64,000 bases of DNA. It comes from Bacteroidales bacterium. GTDB taxonomy: Bacteria > Bacteroidota > Bacteroidia > Bacteroidales > UBA4417. This document shows positions 9,981-19,640 of this stretch, in pieces. Each line of letters starts with the position of its first letter. The first letter of the stretch is position 1. The position numbers were made by a program, and so were the translations under genes. A model generated the notes under the pieces. It was not told the origin of the DNA. It searched no databases and saw only the letters and a list, made by a program, of their open reading frames with translations. The stretch lies in contig JADJGZ010000001.1 of NCBI GenBank assembly GCA_016707785.1, positions 324,484-388,483 on the forward strand, in the 5' to 3' direction.

Positions 9981-11042
9981 ATGACAACAGTTCCAACCCT
10001 GGAAAATAGAATTCAGAGTTTCGTTCGCCTGGGCACCATTATTAAAGAGTACTACCTTGGCATTCTTTCAGGGACATCAAATGAATGTGTTATACTGGAT
10101 TCTGCAATCGCTAAGGCATCCCTTATGAATCCCTGGTTTACAGGTACCAACATCCATTTTGCGATGTCAACATGGGCTGAAACACTCACAGAATCGAATT
10201 TGCAGCAATGGATATTTCCCTATAGCGGGTCAATGGATCCGGTTGTGATGAAAAAAATTGCTGTAATCATGGCTGGAAACATTCCCCTGGTGGGCATGCA
10301 TGATTACTTATGTATACTTCTTTCAGGAAATAAATTCATTGGGAAACTTTCAAGGAATGATTCCATTCTTTTGCCAGCGATTCATGAACTTCTTTGCACC
10401 ATCGAACCAGGGTTTATTCAAATGGTAGAATTTGAAAATGAAAAGCTGAAAGGGTATGATGCTGTGATTGCTACTGGCAGCAATAATACTGCCCGCTATT
10501 TTGAGTATTATTTTGCAGATGTTCCTCATATTATAAGGAAAACCAGGAATGGGGTAGCCATTATACAAGGTAATGAGACGGAGAAGGATTTGCAGGCATT
10601 AGGAATTGATATTTGCCAGTTCTTCGGATTAGGCTGCAGAAGTATCTCAAAAGTTTACCTGCCCCGTGGATATAATCCTCAATTGATCCTGGAGGCCTGT
10701 ACTTCATTTTCAGCACTTCTCAATGATCACCATAAGTATATGAATAACTACATTTATCAAAAGACGATTCTTCAGATGAACCTGGCTTACTTTTATGACA
10801 ATGGCACCCTTATTATGGTTGAAAATGATGCTTTTGCTTCACCGGTTTCCGTTGTAAATTTCGGCTATTATGACAGTATTGAGGTGCTGGATACTTTCCT
10901 TGAAGCAGAAAGCTCCAATATTCAGTGTATTGTAATGGCCGGACATCCGGATGGTAAAACAGAGCCGGGAACCTCCCAGAAACCAGCATTATGGGAGTAT
11001 GCAGATGGAGTAGATACATTAAAATTCCTCATTGGACTATGA
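9981..11042 (+). CDS. Acyl-CoA reductase (LuxC-like) family protein
   Basis: 353-aa ORF. NPWFT and IAVIMAGNIPLVGMHDYL segments match the Bacteroidota LuxC-like acyl-CoA reductase family as I recall it. Confidence 0.55.
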   Translation: MTTVPTLENRIQSFVRLGTIIKEYYLGILSGTSNECVILDSAIAKASLMNPWFTGTNIHFAMSTWAETLTESNLQQWIFPYSGSMDPVVMKKIAVIMAGNIPLVGMHDYLCILLSGNKFIGKLSRNDSILLPAIHELLCTIEPGFIQMVEFENEKLKGYDAVIATGSNNTARYFEYYFADVPHIIRKTRNGVAIIQGNETEKDLQALGIDICQFFGLGCRSISKVYLPRGYNPQLILEACTSFSALLNDHHKYMNNYIYQKTILQMNLAYFYDNGTLIMVENDAFASPVSVVNFGYYDSIEVLDTFLEAESSNIQCIVMAGHPDGKTEPGTSQKPALWEYADGVDTLKFLIGL

Positions 11043-11077
11043 TTTCAATGCTTCTTTGCAAGAAAATTCCAACAATA

Positions 11078-11108
11078 TTTGTTTCTATTTAAAAAAAGCA
11101 TAATTTTG
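11078..11108 (+). promoter_or_regulatory. Putative Bacteroidota sigma-A promoter of rpmE2
   Basis: TTTG at 11078-11081 and TAATTTTG (TAnnTTTG -7 box) at 11101-11108, with a 19-nt spacer. It lies 29 nt upstream of the ATG. Confidence 0.4.
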
Positions 11109-11136
11109 CAGCCCTCAAATAAAGCAGGAAATTTAT

Positions 11137-11409
11137 ATGAAAAAAGACATCCATCCCAAAGAATACCGACTGGTCGTATTTAAAGATATCTCAAATGATC
11201 ATTCATTCATGACCCGTTCAACGGTTGCCACTAAAGAATCAGTTGTTTGGGAAGACGGCAAGGAATACCCACTTGTCAAGCTTGAAATTTCAAACACCTC
11301 TCACCCTTTCTATACTGGTAAGATTAAACTGGTTGATACTGCCGGTCGTGTTGATAAGTTCCGTCAGAAATTTGAGAAACATCTCCAAATGAAAAATAAA
11401 GCCAAATAA
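11137..11409 (+). CDS. rpmE2: 50S ribosomal protein L31, type B (no Cys, zinc-independent form)
   Basis: 90-aa [13 protein letters not shown]...SHPFYTG. It has no CxxC motif, so it is type B. Confidence 0.9.
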   Translation: MKKDIHPKEYRLVVFKDISNDHSFMTRSTVATKESVVWEDGKEYPLVKLEISNTSHPFYTGKIKLVDTAGRVDKFRQKFEKHLQMKNKAK

Positions 11410-11426
11410 AACGGCTTTCCAGATAT

Positions 11427-11457
11427 AAAAGCTGCCTTGATGGCAGCTTTTTTTTTA
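11427..11457 (+). terminator. Rho-independent terminator of rpmE2
   Basis: aaaagctgcc / ggcagctttt stem with a 5-nt loop, followed by a T-run. Confidence 0.8.
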
Positions 11458-11626
11458 CCAATATTCTCTAATTCCCTTATTTTTATCTGAACAACGCAGG
11501 AATTACCTTGTTCTCCTTCTGTGGCATGATTATTGACTTTTCCTCACCACTCATCCTGATAGCAGGAGGTTTCGGGTGTATGTCATAATGACATGTCCTA
11601 ATAAGTTTATAATTTGAAAGAAAAAG

Positions 11627-14050
11627 ATGTCGAACTTGCTTGAAGATGAAACTGAATTCATTCCTTTGCTTTCAGCGGAGGACGAAGAATTAATCAATGC
11701 AGAAAAAGTACCTGCAGATTTACCCATATTACCTTTACGAAATACTGTTCTTTTTCCCGGTGTTGTGATTCCCATCACAGTTGGAAGGGATAAATCAATT
11801 CGACTGATAAAGGAATATTATAAAGGAAGCCGGATCATTGGAGTTGTTTCCCAGAAAGATCCTGAAATCGAAGACCCGGCATTTGAAGATCTCAACAGGA
11901 TTGGTACGGTAGCCTATATTATCAAAATACTCCAGATGCCTGATGGCAATACTACCGCCATTATCCAGGGAAAGAAACGATTTGAATTAGGGAATCTGCT
12001 TCAGAGTGACCCTTATTTCAAGGCCTCGGTTGCTGAGTTTGATTCTCCTTCTGCCTATTTAAAGGATGACAAATCTTTTGAAGCACTTATAGCTTCCATC
12101 AAAGATTTATCTATTCAAATCATCAGCCAGTCACCTAATCTGCCCAGTGAAGCGGCTTTTGCAATAAAAAACATTGAGAGTTCTGTCTTCCTGGTGAATT
12201 TTGTAGCTTCTAACCTTAATATTGAGCTTTCAGAAAAGCAGAACTTACTTGGTATAAAGGATCTGGATCAGCGGGCAAATATGGTATTGTCGCTGCTTAC
12301 CAAGGAATTACAAATGCTTGACCTAAAGAACCAGATCCAGAATAAAGTGAAGGTTGATATGGATAAGCAGCAGCGTGATTATCTGTTAAACCAGCAACTA
12401 AGGCTTATCCAGGAAGAACTTGGAAATAATCCCAATGAGCAGCAGCTGAATGATTTAAAACAAAAGGCTGCTTCCAAAAAATGGCCCGAATCTGTAGGGG
12501 CTACATTTGACAAGGAAATGAGCAAAATCATCCGGATGAATCCTGCTGCAATGGAATATTCCATGCAGTTGAATTACCTGGAAGCTATTGTTGATCTGCC
12601 ATGGGAAAGCTATACAGAAGACAATTTTGATCTGAAAAATGCCCAGGATGTTTTGGATAAAGACCATTACGGAATGGACAAAGTAAAGGAACGTATCATT
12701 GAATACCTTGCAGTGCTTAAGCTCAAAGGTGACATGAAATCACCCATTCTTTGTTTGGTGGGCCCTCCGGGTGTTGGTAAAACTTCCCTCGGAAAGTCTA
12801 TCGCCAAAGCATTAGGACGCAGTTATATTCGAATGTCTTTAGGGGGCCTGCATGATGAATCAGAAATCAGAGGCCACAGACGCACCTATATTGGAGCTAT
12901 GCCCGGCAGGATCATACAAAGTATTCGGAAAGCAAAATTTTCAAACCCTGTATTTGTTCTTGATGAAATCGATAAAGTTTCAGGTATGACGGTAAATGGT
13001 GACCCTTCGGCTGCTTTGCTTGAAGTACTGGATCCTGAACAAAACCTGGCTTTCTACGATAATTTCCTTGAAATCGAATATGACCTCTCTAAGGTAATGT
13101 TCATTGCCACAGCCAATACATTGAGTACCATCCATCCCGCTCTTCGCGACAGGATGGAGATTATTGACCTGAGTGGTTACTTACTTGAAGAGAAGATTGA
13201 AATAGCCAAAAGGCACTTGATTCCCAAGCAATTGAGAGAGCATGGCATGACTACAAAAACGATCTCCTTCCCTAAAGCAACACTGGAGAAACTTATTGAA
13301 GACTATACCAGGGAATCGGGTGTTCGTCTGCTGGAAAAAAATATTGCCAAAGTTATCCGAAGCAGGGCAAAATATATTGCTATGAATGAGACTTTTAATA
13401 AGTCTATTACCCCTGATAACCTCCAGGGTATTCTTGGAAATTCGATTTTCCAGCAAGAAAAGAGCTTTTCCAATAAAGTTGCCGGTGTGGTGACAGGATT
13501 AGCCTGGACTGCAGTGGGTGGTGAGATCCTTTTTGTTGAAGTCAGTTTAAGTCCGGGAAAGGGTAATCTCACAATTACCGGAAACCTTGGAGATGTCATG
13601 AAGGAATCAGCAACCATTGCTTATGAATACCTGAAAGCACATGCCTGGATGCTCAGTATTCCTGTTGAAATATTCGAAAAATGGAATGTTCATATTCATG
13701 TTCCTGAGGGTGCCACACCAAAAGACGGTCCTTCCGCAGGGATCACAATGTTCACGGCCCTGGCTTCTGCATTTACCCAACGAAAAGTAAAGAGTAAACT
13801 TGCCATGACCGGCGAAATCACTCTTCGGGGAAGGGTTCTTCCTGTAGGAGGAATCAAGGAGAAGATACTGGCCGCAAAACGTGCAAGGATTACAGATATC
13901 ATCCTTTCTTCAGATAATAGAAAAGAGATTGAGGACATCAAGAAAGAGTACATTAAAGGGGTGAATTTTCATTACATCAATGAAATGATCGAAGTGATTG
14001 AACTTGGACTTACCAAAGAAAAAGTTGACTCCCCCCTTAATCTGAATTAG
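11627..14050 (+). CDS. lon: ATP-dependent Lon protease
   Basis: 807-aa ORF with Walker [10 protein letters not shown], the catalytic-serine context [10 protein letters not shown] and an N-terminal LON substrate-binding domain. Confidence 0.95.
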   Translation: MSNLLEDETEFIPLLSAEDEELINAEKVPADLPILPLRNTVLFPGVVIPITVGRDKSIRLIKEYYKGSRIIGVVSQKDPEIEDPAFEDLNRIGTVAYIIKILQMPDGNTTAIIQGKKRFELGNLLQSDPYFKASVAEFDSPSAYLKDDKSFEALIASIKDLSIQIISQSPNLPSEAAFAIKNIESSVFLVNFVASNLNIELSEKQNLLGIKDLDQRANMVLSLLTKELQMLDLKNQIQNKVKVDMDKQQRDYLLNQQLRLIQEELGNNPNEQQLNDLKQKAASKKWPESVGATFDKEMSKIIRMNPAAMEYSMQLNYLEAIVDLPWESYTEDNFDLKNAQDVLDKDHYGMDKVKERIIEYLAVLKLKGDMKSPILCLVGPPGVGKTSLGKSIAKALGRSYIRMSLGGLHDESEIRGHRRTYIGAMPGRIIQSIRKAKFSNPVFVLDEIDKVSGMTVNGDPSAALLEVLDPEQNLAFYDNFLEIEYDLSKVMFIATANTLSTIHPALRDRMEIIDLSGYLLEEKIEIAKRHLIPKQLREHGMTTKTISFPKATLEKLIEDYTRESGVRLLEKNIAKVIRSRAKYIAMNETFNKSITPDNLQGILGNSIFQQEKSFSNKVAGVVTGLAWTAVGGEILFVEVSLSPGKGNLTITGNLGDVMKESATIAYEYLKAHAWMLSIPVEIFEKWNVHIHVPEGATPKDGPSAGITMFTALASAFTQRKVKSKLAMTGEITLRGRVLPVGGIKEKILAAKRARITDIILSSDNRKEIEDIKKEYIKGVNFHYINEMIEVIELGLTKEKVDSPLNLN

Positions 14051-14075
14051 CTTAGCTTACTACACAATAAATGAA

Positions 14076-14113
14076 TCGCCCGGGAATCTGTTGCATGACA
14101 GTTTCCCGGGCGA
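14076..14113. terminator. Bidirectional hairpin between lon and the convergent M1 peptidase gene
   Basis: tcgcccgggaa (14076-14086) pairs perfectly with ttcccgggcga (14103-14113). Confidence 0.65.
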
Positions 14114-14180
14114 AAAGTTTTATTCAGTATTGTGATTAATTAAGCCTCTGCTGTTTATGGCCAGAACACCATATTCATTG

Positions 14181-16163
14181 TTATTGCCTGATAATTTTAA
14201 AAGATTTTACCTGGTTTCCGGAACTAAAGTTTAGGAAATAAAAACCAGAGGGCAAATTACTACCATCCCATTCGAATTCATGGATTCCGGCTGATTGTTT
14301 TGGCAGCGACTTCTGAAAAACGACCCTACCCATTGGATCAGTTACAGTTATATTTGAATTAGAAGGCTGGTCAAGTGAATACCTTATAATTACCTGACTA
14401 TCAAACTGCGTTGGAAATACTGATATTCCCGGATTCTGAGCTTCAGGTTCATCGATAGAGACAATGGTACTGGCTTGTTTTAGGACAATATCATTATGAG
14501 GATCAAACTGTAGGTTGGCGGGTTGCTGATCAAATTCAAAAGTAAAAATCTGGTTATTATAACTGTTGAAAACCCTGATTATGGTGTCAGTGAGGTTCAT
14601 AAAACTGATTCTTAATTCAATGGGCATCTGCCAATAATATAATGAAGCCTGTTGCTGGCGTGCAGTAAAGGTCACCTGCCATTTACCATCCTGTAGGGGT
14701 TTAAAAGAATAGACATTTTTATAAGAGGGATGGTTAGGTTTGTATATCCAGGCATCAAAGAACCAATCCAGCTCCTGTTCGGTGACAGTTTCCATCTTGG
14801 TTTTAAAATCACCTATTGTTGCAGATTTATATTTGAAATCTACTGTATCAGTTGCATAGGCTTTGATACCTGCAAAATAAAGGCTGTCACCCAATACATA
14901 TCTTAATTGGTGCAACACACAGCTACCTTTCATGTATGTGATGGCATAATTAAACAAGGTATTGGAACTTGGCGTGTTAACCGCCCAGTCAGGGTTAGAA
15001 ATTGCCCAACCCGGGTTCGCTGACAGGTAATAGCTGGCATTTCCATCTATTTCATTTTTGTAGGCACTATATCCGGACACATTCTCAGTCCAGTGAGCTT
15101 CAGTCCATGTTGCAAAACCTTCATTTAGGAAAATATCTGCCCAGGTAGCACAAGTGATCATATCACCAAACCACTGGTGGGCAAATTCATGCGCTACTAA
15201 CCATTCGTCCCAGCAATCCGGACAAAGACTGGTTAATGTCTGGTTCTCCATTCCGCCCCATGCAAATTGATTATTTAAAGTGGCAAAACCATTCTTTTCA
15301 AAAGGATGATCCCCAAATTCATGAGAAAAGAATGTAGTCATATCCCCTATGATAGCCTCCATAGGTCCGGGGTTTTCATTGTTGTTATAATAGAAACGCA
15401 TGGGTACCACTTCATTGGTATTGGGGTTGGTCCAATAGACAATATCCAGTTTATAATTCACTTTAGAGGTAAGGATAACAAGGTAAGTTGCCACAGGATC
15501 ACGGCTTATCCAATGATAGGTAATTGAATTGGTTCCGGGAATGGAATCCTGCAGCCTGCCATTGGAAGCCAATTTGACATTAGCAGGGACCTTAGCCTTA
15601 ACTGAGACTGTGGCTTTATCACTGGGATGATCGTAACAGGGGAACCATTTCCTTGCACCTTCCGGTTCACAATCGGTGAAAAGGAATCCTCCGGATACAT
15701 ATACTGCATTGTCTTCCACATTATTATGCTGATAATAAATTTTAATCATTGCTATTTCACCAGGCAGATAGGTCCTGTCGAGTGAAATATTTAAAAGATT
15801 ATTTGAATGTGTAAAAGCAGATGCTGCCATACCGACCGAATCAATCGTAAGTGACAGAGTATTTGCATTAAGTTCTATCGCGTTTAAAGCAGTATCAATT
15901 CTGAATTGAATCACTATGTTACCCTGAAAATTCCTGGGATATGGGGATGAATAGTTATTCATCAGGTCAAGTTCCATGGAGTAGTCCAAAACATCAAAAG
16001 AATGAGCCGGGGCATTTGGAGAGAATTGCTTCGACATGCCGGATAATTCATTTTGGATTTTTTTTGCATGGCAGTATTCATGTCCCCTTGAGAATTTCTG
16101 GACTTGTGCAGTCGTGAGCAAAGAAATAAGAAGGAAAAAAGTAAGTAAGGAGATGCGATTCAT
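14181..16163 (-). CDS. M1-family zinc aminopeptidase with type-A T9SS C-terminal sorting domain
   Basis: HEFAHQWFGD plus downstream NEGFATW (gluzincin). The C-terminal roughly 80 aa end ...GFYFLNFSSGNQVKSFKIIRQ. I place the start at MNRISLLTFFLL (16163, signal peptide) rather than at the track start 16214. Confidence 0.85.
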   Translation of the reverse strand: MNRISLLTFFLLISLLTTAQVQKFSRGHEYCHAKKIQNELSGMSKQFSPNAPAHSFDVLDYSMELDLMNNYSSPYPRNFQGNIVIQFRIDTALNAIELNANTLSLTIDSVGMAASAFTHSNNLLNISLDRTYLPGEIAMIKIYYQHNNVEDNAVYVSGGFLFTDCEPEGARKWFPCYDHPSDKATVSVKAKVPANVKLASNGRLQDSIPGTNSITYHWISRDPVATYLVILTSKVNYKLDIVYWTNPNTNEVVPMRFYYNNNENPGPMEAIIGDMTTFFSHEFGDHPFEKNGFATLNNQFAWGGMENQTLTSLCPDCWDEWLVAHEFAHQWFGDMITCATWADIFLNEGFATWTEAHWTENVSGYSAYKNEIDGNASYYLSANPGWAISNPDWAVNTPSSNTLFNYAITYMKGSCVLHQLRYVLGDSLYFAGIKAYATDTVDFKYKSATIGDFKTKMETVTEQELDWFFDAWIYKPNHPSYKNVYSFKPLQDGKWQVTFTARQQQASLYYWQMPIELRISFMNLTDTIIRVFNSYNNQIFTFEFDQQPANLQFDPHNDIVLKQASTIVSIDEPEAQNPGISVFPTQFDSQVIIRYSLDQPSNSNITVTDPMGRVVFQKSLPKQSAGIHEFEWDGSNLPSGFYFLNFSSGNQVKSFKIIRQ

Positions 16164-16377
16164 ATCAGTAGTATTTGTTATTGACACAAAGGTAAAGGTT
16201 ATTTGAATAGCCAAAATGATAACTATTGCTTATACTATTGCCAAATGTTGTAATCTGTTAAGGGTACAATCTGTATCCATGTGGCTAACCAGTTCTAAAG
16301 GAAAATTGCATTGCATTTACAATTAGGTTCTCTGTACGTCCTTCCTTTAATTAATTTTGAAGCTTAAATAAGTTTCT

Positions 16378-18033
16378 ATGCCCAGGTTCTTAGCATTATT
16401 CTTTGTTTTGATGATTTTCTGTTTGATTTCTTCCTGCAGGCATTCACAAAAATCAGACAACAAACGAACAGTTTTCAGGTACAATGAATCCTCAGGAATC
16501 AGTTCTCTTGATCCGGCATTTGCAAGGAACCAGGCTAATATCTGGGCTATTAACCAGCTTTTCAATGGTTTATTACAGTTAGATGAACAGCTTTCCCCAC
16601 AACCTTGTATTGCTAAAAGCTGGATTATTTCGGAGAATGGATTAGTTTATACTTTTCATTTACGCAATGATGTTTATTTTCATGACTCCGGAATTTTCAC
16701 TTTCGGGAAAGGCAGAAAAGTGGTTGCGAATGATTTTGTATATAGTTTCAACCGACTGACAGACCCCACTACAGCATCCCCAGGCGCCTGGATTTTTAAC
16801 CAGGTTGAACAGGTTAATAACAAATATGCCTTTAAAGCATTGAATGACACTACCCTGGAAATCAGGCTAAAATCACCATTCCCACCCTTTCCAGGCTTAT
16901 TATGTATGCAATACTGTTCTGTAATTCCAAGGGAGGCTATTGATGCCTATGGAGCTGATTTCAGAAAAAATCCGATTGGAACAGGTCCATTCAGATTGAA
17001 ATATTGGAAAGAGGGTGTAAAACTGGTAATGGAAAAGAACCAGCACTATTTTGAGAATGAAAATGGAGCCACCCTCCCCTACCTGGATGCCATTTCCGTA
17101 AGCTTTATTGTTGATAAGCAATCAGCATTCCTGGAATTTATCAAAGGGAACCTCGATTTTATGTCTGGAATTGATGCCAGTTATAAAGATGAATTACTTA
17201 GTCGTTCAGGAGAGTTAAACCCGAAGTATGCATCGAAGATTTCACTTACTAAAGCGCCATACCTTAATACTGAGTACCTGGGCATACTGGTGGATAGCAG
17301 TATGAGGTCAAATGCAAACAATCCACTTTCCGATCAATATATCAGGCAGGCAATCAATTACGGATTCGACAGAGTTAAAATGATGCAATATCTTCGCAAT
17401 AATATTGGTATTGCAGGCACTGCAGGATTTATTCCACCCGGTTTGCCCTGGTTCGAGACCTCTGAGATACCCGGTTATAATTTCAACCCAGCCCTGGCAA
17501 AGGAACTAATGGCAAAAGCCGGTTACCCCGGTGGGGCTGGATTGCCCCCTATAACTCTATCAACCAATGCATCCTACCTGGATCTGTGCAAGTATATACA
17601 GAGCCAGCTGAATGAATTAGGTTTCGATATTCGCATTGATGTTTCCCCTCCGGCTACCCTTCGTGATATGATTGCCAAATCGGAAGTGCCTTTTTTCCGC
17701 GGTTCATGGATTGCCGATTATCCTGATGCTGAAAACTACTTATCACTTTTTACCACTGCTAATTTCTGTCCGGTTGGGCCCAATTATACTCATTTCTCTG
17801 ATAAAGAATTTGACAAACTTTATAACCAGGCTTTAACAGAAAGGAATGACAGTGTAAGAGGAAAATTATATATGAAGATGGATCAGCTGATCATGAAAAA
17901 AGCGCCGGTGGTTGTGTTGTATTATGATCAGGTGCTACGATTTAGTGGAAATAATATCAGGAATCTTGGAAGCAATCCACTTAACCTGCTAACATTGAAA
18001 AAAGTACAGAAAATAAACCTTAGTAATCAATAG
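16378..18033 (+). CDS. ABC transporter substrate-binding lipoprotein (family 5, peptide/nickel type)
   Basis: 551-aa ORF with lipobox LISSC and an SBP_bac_5-like sequence throughout (FRYNESSGISSLDPA..., DYPDAENYL). Confidence 0.8.
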   Translation: MPRFLALFFVLMIFCLISSCRHSQKSDNKRTVFRYNESSGISSLDPAFARNQANIWAINQLFNGLLQLDEQLSPQPCIAKSWIISENGLVYTFHLRNDVYFHDSGIFTFGKGRKVVANDFVYSFNRLTDPTTASPGAWIFNQVEQVNNKYAFKALNDTTLEIRLKSPFPPFPGLLCMQYCSVIPREAIDAYGADFRKNPIGTGPFRLKYWKEGVKLVMEKNQHYFENENGATLPYLDAISVSFIVDKQSAFLEFIKGNLDFMSGIDASYKDELLSRSGELNPKYASKISLTKAPYLNTEYLGILVDSSMRSNANNPLSDQYIRQAINYGFDRVKMMQYLRNNIGIAGTAGFIPPGLPWFETSEIPGYNFNPALAKELMAKAGYPGGAGLPPITLSTNASYLDLCKYIQSQLNELGFDIRIDVSPPATLRDMIAKSEVPFFRGSWIADYPDAENYLSLFTTANFCPVGPNYTHFSDKEFDKLYNQALTERNDSVRGKLYMKMDQLIMKKAPVVVLYYDQVLRFSGNNIRNLGSNPLNLLTLKKVQKINLSNQ

Positions 18034-18166
18034 TTGTTTCAAGTAAAGGCATAAATAAAATTCGAAGCTTAAATACTGTAAAGTATCAAATTGTTTAACT
18101 TAGCACGTCGATTGATCATAATCGCTACTAAATGCGAAGGATTAAGAAACTTAAATACTTGATTCC

Positions 18167-18718
18167 TTGAGTCTAATAAATAATATCCGGTATCGTTTCG
18201 CGCGTAAAAACCTTGAACAGGAGCATCAGAAGCTCTCGCGTACAAGGAAACCTTTGAATCTTGATAATTCCAGGTATATAGCTTTGCTTTATTATATTCC
18301 TGATGAAGATAGCTATAAAAAAATTGAAGATCTACTTAAGTTACTAGGTGATAGAAACATAAAAGTAAAAGTGGCTTGTTATACTGATCAAAAGGTTATT
18401 CCTCATTATTTCATCCCCAAATTAATGCAGGATATCCTTACTGTAAAGGACACCAATTGGTATTATTTTCCTGTAAAACCTTTTGTTAAGGATTTCTTAC
18501 AAGAAGAATTCGATATATTGATTGATCTTTCCTTAAAGGAGTATATTCCTTTACTATATCTTGCTGCCAATGCAAAAGCAAGTCTTAAAATTGGTCGTTT
18601 TGACGAATCACATCAACACTACTATGATCTAATGATTGACATCCCCCAGGATTCAACATTGGAGTATTTTATTGAACAGGTCATGCATTATCTGAATAAA
18701 ATTAATACAGAATCATAA
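18167..18718 (+). CDS. Hypothetical protein upstream of dapA
   Basis: 183-aa ORF with a TTG start. Its stop lies 1 nt before the dapA ATG, which suggests co-transcription. I recognise no family. Confidence 0.5.
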   Translation: MSLINNIRYRFARKNLEQEHQKLSRTRKPLNLDNSRYIALLYYIPDEDSYKKIEDLLKLLGDRNIKVKVACYTDQKVIPHYFIPKLMQDILTVKDTNWYYFPVKPFVKDFLQEEFDILIDLSLKEYIPLLYLAANAKASLKIGRFDESHQHYYDLMIDIPQDSTLEYFIEQVMHYLNKINTES

Positions 18719-18719
18719 G

Positions 18720-19610
18720 ATGAATTCAAGATTCAAAGGAACTGGTGTTGCCCTGGTCACGCCTTTTCATAAACAAGGAACCATTGATTTCGGCTCACTT
18801 GAGAAACTGGTCGAACATTGTATAGCAGGTGGCATCAATTATCTTGTTGTTCAAGGGACTACGGCTGAAACGGCAACTCTGAACAAAGAAGAAAAGCATG
18901 CCCTCGCTGAGTATATTGTTGAAATTGTCAACAAACGCGTTCCACTCGTATTGGGTATAGGAGGTAATAATACACAGGATGTAGTTAATGTGCTCAGGTC
19001 CTGCACCTGTGATGGCTTTGATGCCATCCTGACGGTTACTCCATTTTATAACAAACCCCAACAAAGAGGATTGTATCTGCATTATAAAAATATTTCAGTT
19101 GTCAGCCCTTTGCCTATTATCATGTATAATGTTCCTTCACGGACAAGTGTGAACATGAAAGCTGAGACAACCCTGCAGCTGGCACATGATTTTGATAATA
19201 TCATCGGCATCAAGGAAGCCTCTGGAAATCTTGAACAGATAATGGATATTGTAAAAGACAAGCCTAAGGAATTTCTTGTTATTTCAGGTGATGACCTGTT
19301 AACATTACCATTGTTATCTATGGGTTGTGAAGGTGTGATCTCTGTTGTGGCTAATGCATATCCACAGGAATTCTCTCAAATGGTGCAATTAGGATTAAAA
19401 GGTGAATTCAAGAAAGCCCGGGAGTTACATTTCAAACTAACTGAATTTATTAAGGCTTTATTCATTGACGGGAATCCGGCAGGAATTAAAGCTGCATTGG
19501 AAATCAAGGGAATACTGGCAAACAACCTTAGACTACCTTTAGTTAAAGTAGAGAAAAACATCTATAACCAGATAGCATCTCTCATTCAGGAACTGGATGC
19601 CAGCAAGTAA
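18720..19610 (+). CDS. dapA: 4-hydroxy-tetrahydrodipicolinate synthase
   Basis: 296-aa ORF with GTGVALVTPF, GTTAE, YNVPSRT and IGIKEASG (Schiff-base lysine) motifs. Confidence 0.92.
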   Translation: MNSRFKGTGVALVTPFHKQGTIDFGSLEKLVEHCIAGGINYLVVQGTTAETATLNKEEKHALAEYIVEIVNKRVPLVLGIGGNNTQDVVNVLRSCTCDGFDAILTVTPFYNKPQQRGLYLHYKNISVVSPLPIIMYNVPSRTSVNMKAETTLQLAHDFDNIIGIKEASGNLEQIMDIVKDKPKEFLVISGDDLLTLPLLSMGCEGVISVVANAYPQEFSQMVQLGLKGEFKKARELHFKLTEFIKALFIDGNPAGIKAALEIKGILANNLRLPLVKVEKNIYNQIASLIQELDASK

Positions 19611-19640
19611 AACTCATTACTGCTTAAAAAACTTTTATAA

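Noticed and set aside
16164-16214. 17-aa N-terminal extension of the M1 peptidase (MAIQITFTFVSITNTTD).
   Set aside because: The downstream Met begins a canonical signal peptide (MNRISLLTFFLLISLL). The extension would bury it.
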